From the NCBI GenBank assembly GCA_964016885.1, contig OZ024741.1, positions 49,414,001 through 49,478,000 of the forward strand: a DNA stretch of 64,000 nt. Direction: 5' to 3'. Under the pieces are notes generated by a model. That model did no database searches and was not told the DNA's origin. It saw only the letters and a program-made list of their open reading frames with translations. How positions within the stretch are numbered: the first letter of the stretch is position 1; each line of letters opens with the position of its first letter. The stretch is from Eledone cirrhosa. Lineage: Eukaryota. Below are positions 13,436-26,367 of this stretch, piece by piece. The translations under genes and the position numbers were made by a program.

Positions 13436-13708
13436 TGTAAAGAGAGGAAAAAATGAGAAAATCAAGTCAATGATTCATGTGAACATAAGAACTTGCGAAT
13501 ATTGACGAGAAGACGAAAGACACATCTTAACCGTGCGAAAAGTAAGCGAGGAAAGAATTTCGCACGGTGTGGGACGATGGAGGAAGTGAGAGAGAGAGGG
13601 TGAGTAGAAGAGAGTGAGTGAGTGAAAGTGTGAGTGAGAGGCTAGCCGAGAGAGGGTGACTAGCAGAGGGGGGAATGAAAGTAAGAGGGAGAAGGAGAGA
13701 GAAGGGGG

Positions 13709-13874
13709 AGAGCTACCTGCCGGCGAAACAATTGTAACACGCAATAAATTGAGACCAGATTCATCACTGATTTTTCGTTTTCTTTATACTATCTACACTC
13801 TACTCTGCTGAATATTGAGTGCTAATTTTGGCATACAGCCTATGGAAGCACCATAGCTACCATTATACACAAGT
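13709..13874 (+). mobile_element. pLTR-like tail (3' half of HHR: GAAACAATTGTA)
   Basis: Homologous to 2023-2096; ends at (AT)n. Confidence 0.55.
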
Positions 13875-14179
13875 ATATATATATATATATATATATCTCT
13901 GCCAGCCAGTTCATTGTTTCCCTCGCCTGACCCTCTAGCAGTTCTTTTCTCACTTACACTCGCTGGGATCAGGCGGGTTTTTTCATTCGTCCACACGCTC
14001 TAGAACCTATGTTCAGCACCGATGTGGACTTGGATTTTTTTCTTGAAGCTGCTCGCACATTCTACATTTGTTGTTTTCTTCGCTGTTTTTCTCTTTTCTT
14101 CCCTTTTCTTTTCTATTTTCCTTCCCTCTCGCCTCCGTTCTCCCAATAACTTACCTAGTTATTGAACGCTCTGGGGGTA

Positions 14180-14322
14180 GATATATTGTCTTTAAAGCGT
14201 TGTAATAGCCAAGACCCTCAGTAGACAACTGATGAGGACCCCCCCCCCCCACACACACTTCTTGCTTTCTTATTTTTAAGCCTACCTTAACTAGCAACTA
14301 CACAGCCTTCCTATTCTCCATT

Positions 14323-14325
<3 letters not shown>
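14180..14325 (+). mobile_element. Short dispersed repeat; second copy at 58347-58495 (-)
   Basis: Shared CAGTARACAACTGATGAGGA...TTTTTAAGCCTA.CTTAACTAGCA. Confidence 0.6.
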
Positions 14326-14376
<51 letters not shown>

Positions 14377-15093
14377 ACTAGAAATTGATTAACATATAAA
14401 TAAACATGAATAATCACAGGAGATAATATTTACAAGTGTGTAAGCACACATAGCTAGGTAGGTAACTAAATAAAGTTAACCAGAACTTCAAAAATAGATA
14501 CCTTATAATTCGTTAGAATCTTAGAGCTTATTTTGCGGGTGATATGGCGCATGTCTTTCTGGCATGACACCCATAATTTTGATTATCTTAATTTTGGATA
14601 TAGATATATATATATACTAGACTGGTACTTTTTTCGTCGACCTCGAAAGAATGAAAGGCAAAGTTAACCTCGACGGGATCTGAGCTCAGCCGTCGGGCTC
14701 CCGACTCTTTCATATTAACATAGTCTGCTAACCCAAGTATAGAGTACTCTGGTGAGTAATGGCCTACACAGATATTTTACTGCATCCATTTTGATTTATA
14801 TTCATATACATAATTATATATATATAGAAAGGGAGAGATTTTTCCAGGACTATGCCCATGATCCTTTCTGGACCTTGAAGACTAAGGAAAAATAATTTGC
14901 ACATTTTAATAGCTACCAAAGAAACTAAGTTTTGTCATTATACTCGTCAACCAGAGTCGGTAGAACGTCAGATAGTTTGCTTCGTGGTATTCGTTCCGGC
15001 TCACTGCGCTTTCAGTTCAAATCCCGCTGAGGTTAACATTGCCTTTCATCCTTTCGAGGTCGATAAAAACAGCAATTCAATACTGAGGTCGAT

Positions 15094-15156
<63 letters not shown>

Positions 15157-15160
<4 letters not shown>

Positions 15161-15353
15161 TTAATATAGATAAGATTCTACAGGACTAGAACTGTTTCAT
15201 TCTTTAGAAATCATCAGGAATGATTCCTGATGATTTCTAAAGAATGAAACAGTTCTAGTCCTGTAGAATCTCATCTATATTAAAACTTTTATACTCTGCA
15301 ATGTATTGAGTACCTTACTTACTGTGGTTACCTCCGATTCAATCCGGAATAAC

Positions 15354-15355
<2 letters not shown>
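15157..15355 (+). mobile_element. Fold-back pLTR-like element with HHRs on both strands (15174-15221 -, 15222-15270 +)
   Basis: 65-bp arms, 1-nt spacer; GATTC-CTGATGA-tTTCtaaaGAAt-GAAA-CAG..CTG-T-A-GAATC; nearly identical to 60285-60417. Confidence 0.85.
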
Positions 15356-15419
<64 letters not shown>

Positions 15420-16179
15420 ATCTGTCTATTTATCTATCTATAGACTTGCCAATATCTAAAAGCACAAACGGGAGCACCATGAAAAGAAATGCCCTCAAAC
15501 GGGGAGATTTTAAATAATGAAAGCTATACCCAATTTCACAAGAGAAGACATCTCTCACCCACCCCAAAGTGATTGGTAGATCTCCCCGTTACGGGGAGAG
15601 TTGACAGGTTTATATCTATCTATCTTTCTTATAACTAGCGTGATATTTCAGTATACTGCGTTAATAACTTACCGTTTAAAGGCCAAGTGTAGGGTAAAGA
15701 TCTATAGATATATTCTTTAGTACATTATAATAATGAAGAAATGAAATGCGAAGTCGATTCTGGGGGCATTTGAACTCAGAAATCTGTGGCCCGAATGAGG
15801 CGTAGTCAAATATCTTGAATAACTTTATATCCGCTGTGTTAGTTTTAGAAGCGTCATTTTAAGGTATGCATTGCTTTCTTTCAGGCTCTGCACAAAGCAG
15901 AATGCAAGTATTTATAATGTTTCTATATAAAGACACTACAGCTTTTATATTATAATGTAATTTGCAACAGCTTGAAGACGTTATGAACTACTGCAAACTA
16001 TGCCTCCCTAGATTTTATCTAACAGCTTATTTCCTCGAACATATTGAAGATGTCATTTAACATTATAAATTCCCAGCATAGGAAAAGTCGTAAATCTTGA
16101 AGGAAAAATGCAAAGATTTGTATTAATTGGAATTTGCAGCAAACTTAACATGATGCTGCACTATTGTTGCATTATTATA

Positions 16180-16560
16180 GTGGATTGGCAGTCTCGGTAG
16201 AGCGCCGGATAACATGCTTTGCGGCATAGTGTAACGACTCTTTACTTCTGAATTAAAATTCTGCTGAAGTTAGCTTTGCCTTTCATCCTTACGGGGTCGA
16301 TAAAAATAAAGTACCAGTAATGCACTGGGGTCAATTTAATCGATTTTCCTCTCCCCCAAAATTGCTGGCCTTGTGCCTAAAGCAGATCTGTCAACTCTTC
16401 CCGCCCGACGGGGACATGTCTTCTCATGTAAAAATGGGTATACCTTTCATTATGTAAATCTCCCCGTTTTGCCATGTCTCTCTGCTTTGGGGCACTTTTT
16501 TATGGCACTCTCCGTTTGGGTTTTTAGGGGTTAGCAGGTCTTCTATAGTAGAAATCATTA
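16180..16560 (+). mobile_element. MetaSINE-like SINE interrupted by a CAGACCTG MITE (16383-16541)
   Basis: SINE head and core; tail CCTAAAG/TAGAAA split by the MITE. Confidence 0.8.
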
Positions 16561-16921
16561 TTGCATTATTTAATTATTTATTTATTCATTTATTTCTTTG
16601 AGTATAAGTCCCGATGAGTTGATAAAGTATTGTACTATCAGCTCATGCATCATATCTTTTACAAATATCTCGTTCAGTTTCCAGGCAAGATATTTTAATA
16701 TTTCTGCCCAAATCTGATGAATGAGAATTGAGACAGTTCTTCCGAGTATAAACTGACATTCTAATAGGCAGTGTGCATTCTCGCATTTGCCTAATTCTAC
16801 CGACATTGAAACTAAGAACTAGGTTCCTAGGCTCTGCGACACCCGGAGAGAGTGTTTGATGTGATAGGCTGCACCTCCTGTTCCCAAAATCAAAGACAAC
16901 TACTCAATAATTCAACAGAGA

Positions 16922-16984
<63 letters not shown>

Positions 16985-17020
16985 TAGATAGATAGATATA
17001 TAGATAGAGAGAGAGAGATA

Positions 17021-17160
17021 GTAAAAGGTAAACAGAAATAACAACACAATCGGTACAGTATATGGAAGAAATATATTAGTTTAATGCTTGAAATAGCAGG
17101 AAGAGAGTTTTGACATTTCGGACGTTAGTCCTTCATCAGAAATAATGAGAAATTAAAGAA
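17021..17160 (-). mobile_element. pLTR-like element with HHR (17109-17142)
   Basis: TTT-CTGATGA-a-GGACtaacGTCC-GAAA-tg-T-C-AAA; family also at 19615-19715 and 37150-37291. Confidence 0.75.
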
Positions 17161-17498
17161 GAAACGATTGAGGAGACGGACAGGGCATAAAATATATATT
17201 GATTATGTTACTCAACAAAGAAAGCTCAATGAACATTAAATTCAGACCATCAAATATACAAATTTAAACGACATGTATATATATGGGTATGGTATGGTCT
17301 CGTAACTCAGGTTTATCTGCTCTCCAGGCCTGAGTACAGAAGATTTCTTCCAGAGAAAGATAGAAAGTGAGAGAGAGGAAATGAGAAAGAGATATAGAGG
17401 AAGAATCGATCCCAGTACTAGAGTGGTACTTTTTTTATCGACCTCGAAAGGATGAAAGGCAAAATGACCTCGGCGGGATTTGAACTCAATACTCACAC

Positions 17499-17543
<45 letters not shown>

Positions 17544-18199
17544 AATACATATGCATGATTTCTTTCTTTTTCTTGAGTTGCTTTCCATTCTATGTCTAAA
17601 CTAAATGTTTTAAGTGAGACTTGGGGTTTACTTTAAGGGTATTTTAGAACAGCACAAATCTTTGAGATAGGTACCATCATCCAGTGTTTAATATTCTCTG
17701 AGTCTGAGAACCATATATAATGGAATTTTTTAACATCTTATGAGTGTTTAAATCTTTAAACCATCATTTACAATATAAGCACTTGTAATATTTGACGCAA
17801 AATATTAACTTACTGCACAAAATTAGATTTAGAACTACACAAGCGGCCCAGTTATAATTTCTAACTGTCGTTATTTCAATTCTTTCGAAGTTTTAAACGT
17901 CCAGGATATATTTTAAGGAAAATTTACTGCACAAATCTTTGAAGCCGGTCGTATAACCTGGTGTTTGATATTCTCTGAGTGTGAGAAGCATTTATAATGG
18001 CTATTTTAAACATTTTATTAGTGTTTTAAGTATTTTAATTACAATTTACCATGTAAGTGCATGTAATAATAATAAAAATAATGATGAAAATGATTGTGTA
18101 CAGTGCTCAGGTGCACTACAACTCATCATGTACAGTACATAGAATAATGAACAGGAAGGTAAGCAGTGTATGAGTCATGGTACAGACATAGACATACAC

Positions 18200-18365
18200 C
18201 AGACCTGCCAACCTCTAAAAATCCAAACGAGGACTACCACGAAAAGAAGTGCCTCAAAACGGGGAGAAATTAGGCAAACTGGGTTGATTTTACATAGTTA
18301 AAAGCTATACCCATTTTCACAACAGAAGATATTTCCCCGTGGGACGGGGAGAGTTGACAGGTCTG
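18200..18365. mobile_element. MITE with CAGACCTG(C/T)CAAC terminal inverted repeats; other copies ~15442-15610, 27210-27346, 31037-31137, 36268-36461
   Basis: TIRs and shared internal AAACGGGAG/CCCCGT motifs. Confidence 0.75.
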
Positions 18366-18625
18366 CCACGCACACACATGCGTGCGTGTGTACGGGGGGC
18401 GAATATCAGGTGTAGTGTTGGCAAATTTCGCGAAGCATGGAAGTTTTAACGGATGCAGTGTCTCGACAGATTTGATACTAAATGTAAATAAACTACGACA
18501 AAAATAAAATTTAGAACTACACAGGCCGCTTAAAACAATCACTTGTGTTACTCGCTAGGGTGTTGAAGTATTTCAATTTCTAAACATAATAGCTGGTATG
18601 AAGTATGTATATTATTACAAAATGA

Positions 18626-18790
18626 TAATTGTTTCTACTTTTGGCATAAGGCCAGCAATTATCCCAGTGCATTACTAGTACTTTATTTTATCGACCCCGT
18701 AAGGATGAAAGGCAAAATTAACATCGGCAGGATTTGAACTCAGACTATAAAGGGCCGTAACTCTATGCTGCATAGACCCTCCACCGCAAA
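18626..18790 (-). mobile_element. MetaSINE-like SINE; further copies ~14955, 17310-17490, 22350-22540, 22900-23025, 28500-28840, 34455-34780, 49605-49850, 50213-50370, 52735-52930
   Basis: Same B box and core as 4082-4260. Confidence 0.8.
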
Positions 18791-19163
18791 ATAATAATAA
18801 AGTGCCAATCCACCGCAAAATAATAATAAAGTGAAAATGAATATCTTTGAGCATGTGTTTTTATTGGGTTCAATGACTTAACCAGCATACATTAGTTTCT
18901 AGATTCAACCAGTTCTAGACTTTGTTATATCAAATGTTCAGCTGACTGTGTGGTCTTATCATATATTACATATATTCACTGCGAATATCTCTCGTCTTGC
19001 TTTCTTCCTATCGTCAATATATTTCTAAAGACTTAATAACAAAAATTAACAGAGAAACACTACACACAGCTTTAATGTCTCTTGTCACACCTCACCCACA
19101 CATACACGAGATACACACATGCACACACATACATACACACATGCACACACATAACTATATAAC

Positions 19164-19484
19164 AACTGGCACTCCGTCGGTTACGACGACGAATGTTCCA
19201 GTTGATACGATCAACGGAACAGCCTGTTCGTGAAATTAATATGCAAGTGGCTGAGCATTCCACAGACACACGTACCTTTAACGTAGTTCTCAGGGAGATT
19301 CAGAGTGATACAGAATGTGACAAGGCTGGCTCTGCGAATTACAGGTACAACTCATTCTTGCCAGCTGAGTGGACTGGAGCAACGTGAAATAAAGTGTCTT
19401 GCTCAAGGACACAACGCACAGAATCGAACTCACGACCTTACGATTGTGAGCCGAATACCTTAACCACAAAGCCACGTGCCTTCG
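19164..19484 (-). mobile_element. tRNA-derived CORE-type SINE; relatives 19790-20042 and 36560-36815
   Basis: A box TGGCTTTGTGGTTAAGG, B box GAGTTCGATTC, GTGTCCTTGAGCAAGACACTT core. Confidence 0.8.
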
Positions 19485-20329
19485 TACACACATACACACA
19501 CACAAGATACACACCCACGTACACATACACATTATAACACTTATAAAACTTATAATAGTACATATGTTTATTGTTATAAATCTAAAGACAATTTATTTTT
19601 CTATTTTATCTTTTATTTCTTATTCTTGCTTTTGATGAAGGACTGGTGTCCGAAACGTTAAAACTCTTTCCCTACCATGTTAAACTATTTAAACCCAATA
19701 CTTCAATGTAAAACAATAAGTTGCTGTTGTTGTTTAGCCCCATGTCAGCCCCAATCGGACAAACTAAAAGTCAGAAGGCTCGTTAGGCCTGTGCTTAACC
19801 AGGTATCATGGCGTGAAGCGGCTTAGAGTACAAGACCACCCCCACTCTGGACAGGACGCCAGTCCATCGCAGGGTTAAACCCCCAGCTATTGCTGCTACT
19901 CATTTTCGGTTGAATATACTGGAGCAATGTAAAATGAAGTGTTTTGCTCAAGAATACAACACACAACACAGCCCAGGCATCGAACCCACGACACTATGAT
20001 CGTAAGTCCAACACCCTTACCTCTAGGCCACAAACCTCCACTAAGATTAACAGCATTCCAGCTGTGACCATCTGATCGTTGTTCTAAGTGTAGGGAATTC
20101 AGGGCAAAATCATCAAGTGTGTCCTTTTTTAAGACATTAAACATTGATTGGAGGAAGTGGGTCATTTAGCTGCTATTTCTAGCAGCTAAAGTGTTTACTC
20201 AGGGTGTATATGGAAAAACTGTATATATGAAATTACAAAGTAGAATCTACATAGAAATGCGGATCTCGTGCAATCCCTGACCGTATTCTCACACTTCATC
20301 TCCATTTCATTCTCCGTCAAGTAATTTTC

Positions 20330-21360
20330 AACATATACACACATGCATATACACATACACGCACACAAACACACATACACAAATATACACAAACATACAC
20401 ACAAACACACACAAACACACATACTCGCGCACACACACACACATACACGCACACATACACATACATATACACATACATGCACACAAACACACATACACAA
20501 ACATACACACAAACACACACATACACACATACTCGCACACACACATACACACATACAAGCACACACACGCACACATACACACACACATACACACATACTC
20601 GCACACAAACATCTTACACAAACGCAAACACACACACACATACACACATACTCGCACATAAACACACACAAAAACACACACATACACAAACACACATACA
20701 CACATACTTGCACACAAACACACACACACATACACACATACGCAAACACAAACACACACATATATACACACAAATAAACATACACATATACACACACAAA
20801 CATACACAGATATACACACACAAACAAGCATACACGCAAACATACACACACATATACAAACAAACATACACTCATATACACACAAACATACACCCCCCAC
20901 ACACACACACGGACACACACAAACAAACATACACGCATACATACACAAACATAGATATATACACACATACACAAACACTCACATATAAACAAGCACACAC
21001 GCACACGCACGCAGACACACACACACGGACACACACAAACAAACATACACGCAAACACACACAAACATACATATATATATATATATATATACACATACAC
21101 AAACACTCACATAAAAAACAAGCATACACGTACACACACAGACGGACACACACAAACATACATATATATATATATATACACATACACAAACACTCACATA
21201 AAAAACAAGCACACACGCACACACGCGCACACACACACACACACACACACGGACACACACAAAAAAACACACACGCAAACACACACAAACATACACACAT
21301 ATATATATATATATATATACACACATACACAAACACTCACATAAAAAACAAGCACACACG

Positions 21361-21393
<33 letters not shown>

Positions 21394-21439
21394 GGACACA
21401 CACAAAAAAACACACACGCAAACACACACAAACATACAC

Positions 21440-21471
<32 letters not shown>

Positions 21472-21503
21472 ACAAACACTCACATAAAAAACAAGCACAC
21501 ACG

Positions 21504-21542
<39 letters not shown>

Positions 21543-21637
21543 GGACACACAAACAAACATACACGCAAACACACACAAACATACATATATATATATATAT
21601 ATACACATACACAAACACTCACATAAAAAACAAGCAC

Positions 21638-21673
<36 letters not shown>

Positions 21674-21682
21674 ACACACATA
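20330..21682. repeat. Compound (CA)n satellite with ~143-bp higher-order units
   Basis: AAACACTCACATAAAAAACAAGCA recurs at ~21101, 21188, 21331, 21474, 21613. Confidence 0.9.
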
Positions 21683-21802
21683 TTTTACGGAATCCGAGTC
21701 CACTAAACGTCTGTGATTCCCAGTTGGAATTGCTTCCATTTACGTCACTAATACCATTGGGAGACACATGAACACTACAACCCGAGACCCATCGTATCTG
21801 TG

Positions 21803-21849
<47 letters not shown>

Positions 21850-21857
21850 TTATCTGC

Positions 21858-21888
<31 letters not shown>

Positions 21889-23855
21889 CCTACCCCCTCT
21901 ATGTATCTATCTATCTATCAGTCTGTCTGTCTGTCTAGCTAGCTACCACCTCTCTATCTATCTATCTACTTCCCTCCATCACACAAAGTTCTCCCCGTTA
22001 TCTTATATAGCTTTATAGGGTGTAAATAACTGATCAGAGCTTAATTATTTTCTAGTCGTGAAGAGGAAAGCTTGTCTTTGAGATGTAGTCTAGACAATGT
22101 TACATATGTGATGTCGCCAGAGAGATTATCGGAGATTATGTGATTTAGCATTTATAGCAACTATGACGACGAATGTTTCCTTTTCGAATATATAAAGACT
22201 GGTACTTCGTAATGTAGAAGGAAATTAGGCTGTAATATTCCTATTGGAGGATGTTTACTACGTTTTATATACGCCTTTAGAAAAACCATGACCATAACCA
22301 CCATTATTTTCAAATCGTTAAGACATAACCATCATTATTTTACGATATGAGTCGGTAGAGGGTCGGACGCCATGCTTTCCAGCATAGAGTTATGCCCCTT
22401 TATGGTCTAGTTCAAATCCCGCCGAGGTTAACTTTGCCTTTCATCCTTACGGGGGTCGATAAAATAAAGTACCAGTAATGCACTGGTAGCGATTTAATCA
22501 ACTTTACCTCTTCCCTTCAAATTGCTAACCTTGTGCCAAAGGTACCGCAGAAGACATCATGCATATCATACAACGATATGAATTCCAACCGGGAGTCAAC
22601 GAAAGCGACCTTAATATGGCTGCTTAACAAGCTAGAAATGGAAGCTAAATCTCTTTAAATCACACCTAACTTTCTTTAAAATGGAAAGACGCAGTGGTGG
22701 GTTAAGGTTGGATGCAAGGTGGGGTTGGGGCACTGGGCTGCAGCCAGAGCCTCTACAATATGTAAAGAGCCCTTGTCTTTTTGTTATCATAAAATATCCC
22801 AATAACATTTTCAGCCAGTGACTCTGTGCTAGCCTGATCTGCCACTGGATAATGTAGTTCTAGAAAACTATGTATGAACACGAGATAGGTTGGTTCCGGA
22901 TGATCATAGTCCAAATTCGTAAGATCTTTAGAGCGTAGGACAAAATGCTTTAGACTCTGAGATAAAAATCTCGCCGAAGCCAATTTTGCCTTTCATCTTT
23001 TCGGGGTCGTTAAAAATAAAATATCAGGGTCGAAGGTGGTAAATAGCTGGAATTACTAGAACGCCGAATGAGATTGTTCCAACGTTTTGCATTCTGAGTT
23101 CTTGGGGGAAGGACGATTTAATCCGCCACCCAGTTTAACCACAGCGCCTGGGAATTTTCAACGACATTCATTTAGTGATGATGTTGTCATTGATGTTGTC
23201 GTTGTTGTCATTGATGTTGTCGTGACAGGTGCAATGTGTTCGAACATGGAAGAGCCGAACTCCCATCGTCATCGTCCCCATTTCTCTCGCCCTCCCCATC
23301 TCTCTGTATAGTGAGTAAATGGAGTCCCCGGGGCTGGTCGCCCAGGCGGACAGAATGGAGAAGGCATTAGTTGCAAGTATTCGGAACAGGTGTCATGCCT
23401 GAGGCTAACGTCCTCTCTTCTTGTCACTAATATCAGAAGCCTTGAAAAGAAAAATTAATAAAAAAAAATGGAAGAACTCATAAATGAGAAAATAAAAATA
23501 TTTTTCTGTGTTGAAATCATAAACAGGGGGTGGGGGGAGGGGTGAGTCAGAAAGTATAGATCTTGATTTCTCCCTAGCAAGAAGTTAACCTCTATATCAC
23601 ATGGCTAAATAACATAATATTAGTATCACATGGCTAAATATTATATTTGTAGTGGTTACTGTTGTTACAAAACAAAATGGCTGTCTCCTTAGATCTACAC
23701 AGACAGACAAGAATAGCGAAACCCAATAAAAATAGAGTCATAGAGGTTGCCCTTCCCATTCTAGCTAAAAGGTAAAAACATAAAAATAAATGATCTTTTA
23801 AATCAGGGTCGACCCGGTCCTAAAAAAAAAAGCAGCAACAACAACAAAAACAACA

Positions 23856-24042
23856 GTTTCTACTTTTGGCACAAGGTCAGCAATTATCTCAGTGCATTAC
23901 TGGTACTTTATTTTATCTACCCCGTAAGGATGAAAGGCAAAGTTAACCTCGGCAGGATTTGAATTCAGAACGTGGAGGGCCGTAACTCTGTGCTGCAAAG
24001 CGTGGTGTCCAACCCTCCACCGATACTACCAATTCACCGCCT
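23856..24042 (-). mobile_element. MetaSINE-like SINE
   Basis: Full head, core and tail. Confidence 0.85.
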
Positions 24043-24360
24043 TCAAAACAACAACAACAGTGACAGCAGCATCAGTGACAAGCAACATCAGTGACAGCAG
24101 CAGCAGTGACAACAGCAGCAGTGACAGCAGCTACAGCAGCAATAACAGCAACAAGAACGAAATATCTACCATCCTTCAACAGTGAAATCGTTACATATAC
24201 AACGTGTTATTGTAAACTATAGAAATAGTGTTTTTTGTTGTTGTTTTCATGAGACTATCGTTGCTATAAAAATCACAATATCTTCTTGTCGTCACATGAA
24301 ACTTTATGTGTACGTGCTATGGCTTAATTGTTATTGTTTTGCTATAAGTTTTGTGTTATC

Positions 24361-24569
24361 TTTTACTCGATGGACAGCGCTTTGGCTTATGTCAGACGCT
24401 GTGACCCCAGGTGGACCAGCAATACCACCGGTAGGGCCGAAACTATCAGAAGTCCATGACGGCTGAGGACCTAGGAGTTCTGTGTCTTTCGTTTTTTAAG
24501 GTTTCTCCTTCAAAACGTTTTTTCGTCTTGATTTGTTTTCGTTCGTTGTCTTCTCTATGTTAATTTTCC

Positions 24570-24572
<3 letters not shown>
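24361..24572 (+). mobile_element. Short (AT)n-adjacent repeat; second copy 57330-57570 (-)
   Basis: Shared TGGACAGCG.TTTGGCTTATGTCAGAC...GAAACT...AGTCCAT...GGAGTTCTG. Confidence 0.7.
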
Positions 24573-24643
<71 letters not shown>

Positions 24644-24649
24644 TATATA

Positions 24650-24949
24650 TTAGAAAGTGCGGTTTTTTTTACAAAATGAAAAATAACCGAGGTGTCCTAC
24701 ACGAGTGAAAGTATAAAGAAAAAAAGAAGAAATCGAAAAGGCTATTGGAGTCTTATTTAAAAAAATATATATATATTTATTTGGTTCCTTTACCGGTTTC
24801 GCAGATGTGAGAAAAAAACCACAGACCCTCCATCTCAACTCTACTTTTGAAAAGCAGAAGAACTGCGAAACCGGTAAAGGAGCCAAATAAATATATATAT
24901 ATTTTTTATAAATAAGACTCCAGTTGCATTTTCGATTTCATATTTTTTT

Positions 24950-24958
<9 letters not shown>
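24650..24958 (-). mobile_element. Fold-back pLTR-like element with degenerate HHR (24841-24882 +)
   Basis: ~95-bp arms around a spacer at 24805-24862; TTGAAAA-GCAG..CTGC-GAAA-CCGG-T-A-AAGGAG. Confidence 0.7.
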
Positions 24959-25286
<328 letters not shown>

Positions 25287-25366
25287 TACTTTAAAATAAT
25301 AGCGCAAGGTCTTCAAAATGCTTTTAATTAAGCATACAGTATATTGCCAAATACACTATATATACA

Positions 25367-25403
<37 letters not shown>

Positions 25404-25675
25404 GGAAAAAAATGAAACGATATTTCATTTCCCACTCTTAGTACGGCTGTTACTTAAATATAAGTATGTACACGTACATACATATATGTATACCGACGTA
25501 CAGTAGTATGTATATATATATATACATACATGCACACATATATATATGCACGTATGGATTCACCGAACATTTATTATAATGCTCGGTGTGTTTGTAAACA
25601 AACATCCCGTATTAAGCCGTAGTGTCTAGCAACCACCGTTGCTCGTTTGTTCAACACTGACAAAGGAACTATATA

Positions 25676-25706
<31 letters not shown>

Positions 25707-25736
25707 GAATGTATATATATAGTGTATTTGGCAATA

Positions 25737-25866
<130 letters not shown>

Positions 25867-25870
25867 GCAT

Positions 25871-25948
<78 letters not shown>

Positions 25949-26306
25949 GTCCACCTGGTAATGGTGGAACAGATAACGTTGTTAGAACTCAATGTATCTA
26001 AGGAAGGTTGGTTGCGGCGAGAATCTGCAGTGAGACCAGTAGTTCTTGTGGAAGGTGATCAGGGCCTAAGGTATTAGTCCGGATTAGAGTCATTTACATA
26101 TATGCGTGTTTGAACAATAAAAACAGAAGTCAGGTGTAGGTAGAGAGTTAGTTCATTGCTTTACGGTCGATTCAGAGGGTCGATTGATCAATGGAAATCG
26201 ATGTATTGACTAGCATGGTAGTGGTTAAATTACTACGTAATTCTAGTATCGAAAACGCTATTCAATCGGCCGTCTTCTTCAGAAACACTAAACTGATTTT
26301 ATTATT

Positions 26307-26367
<61 letters not shown>

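Noticed and set aside
17600-18065. ~277-bp diverged direct repeat as an LTR pair
   Set aside because: Adjacent tandem copies with no TG..CA ends, PBS or internal region
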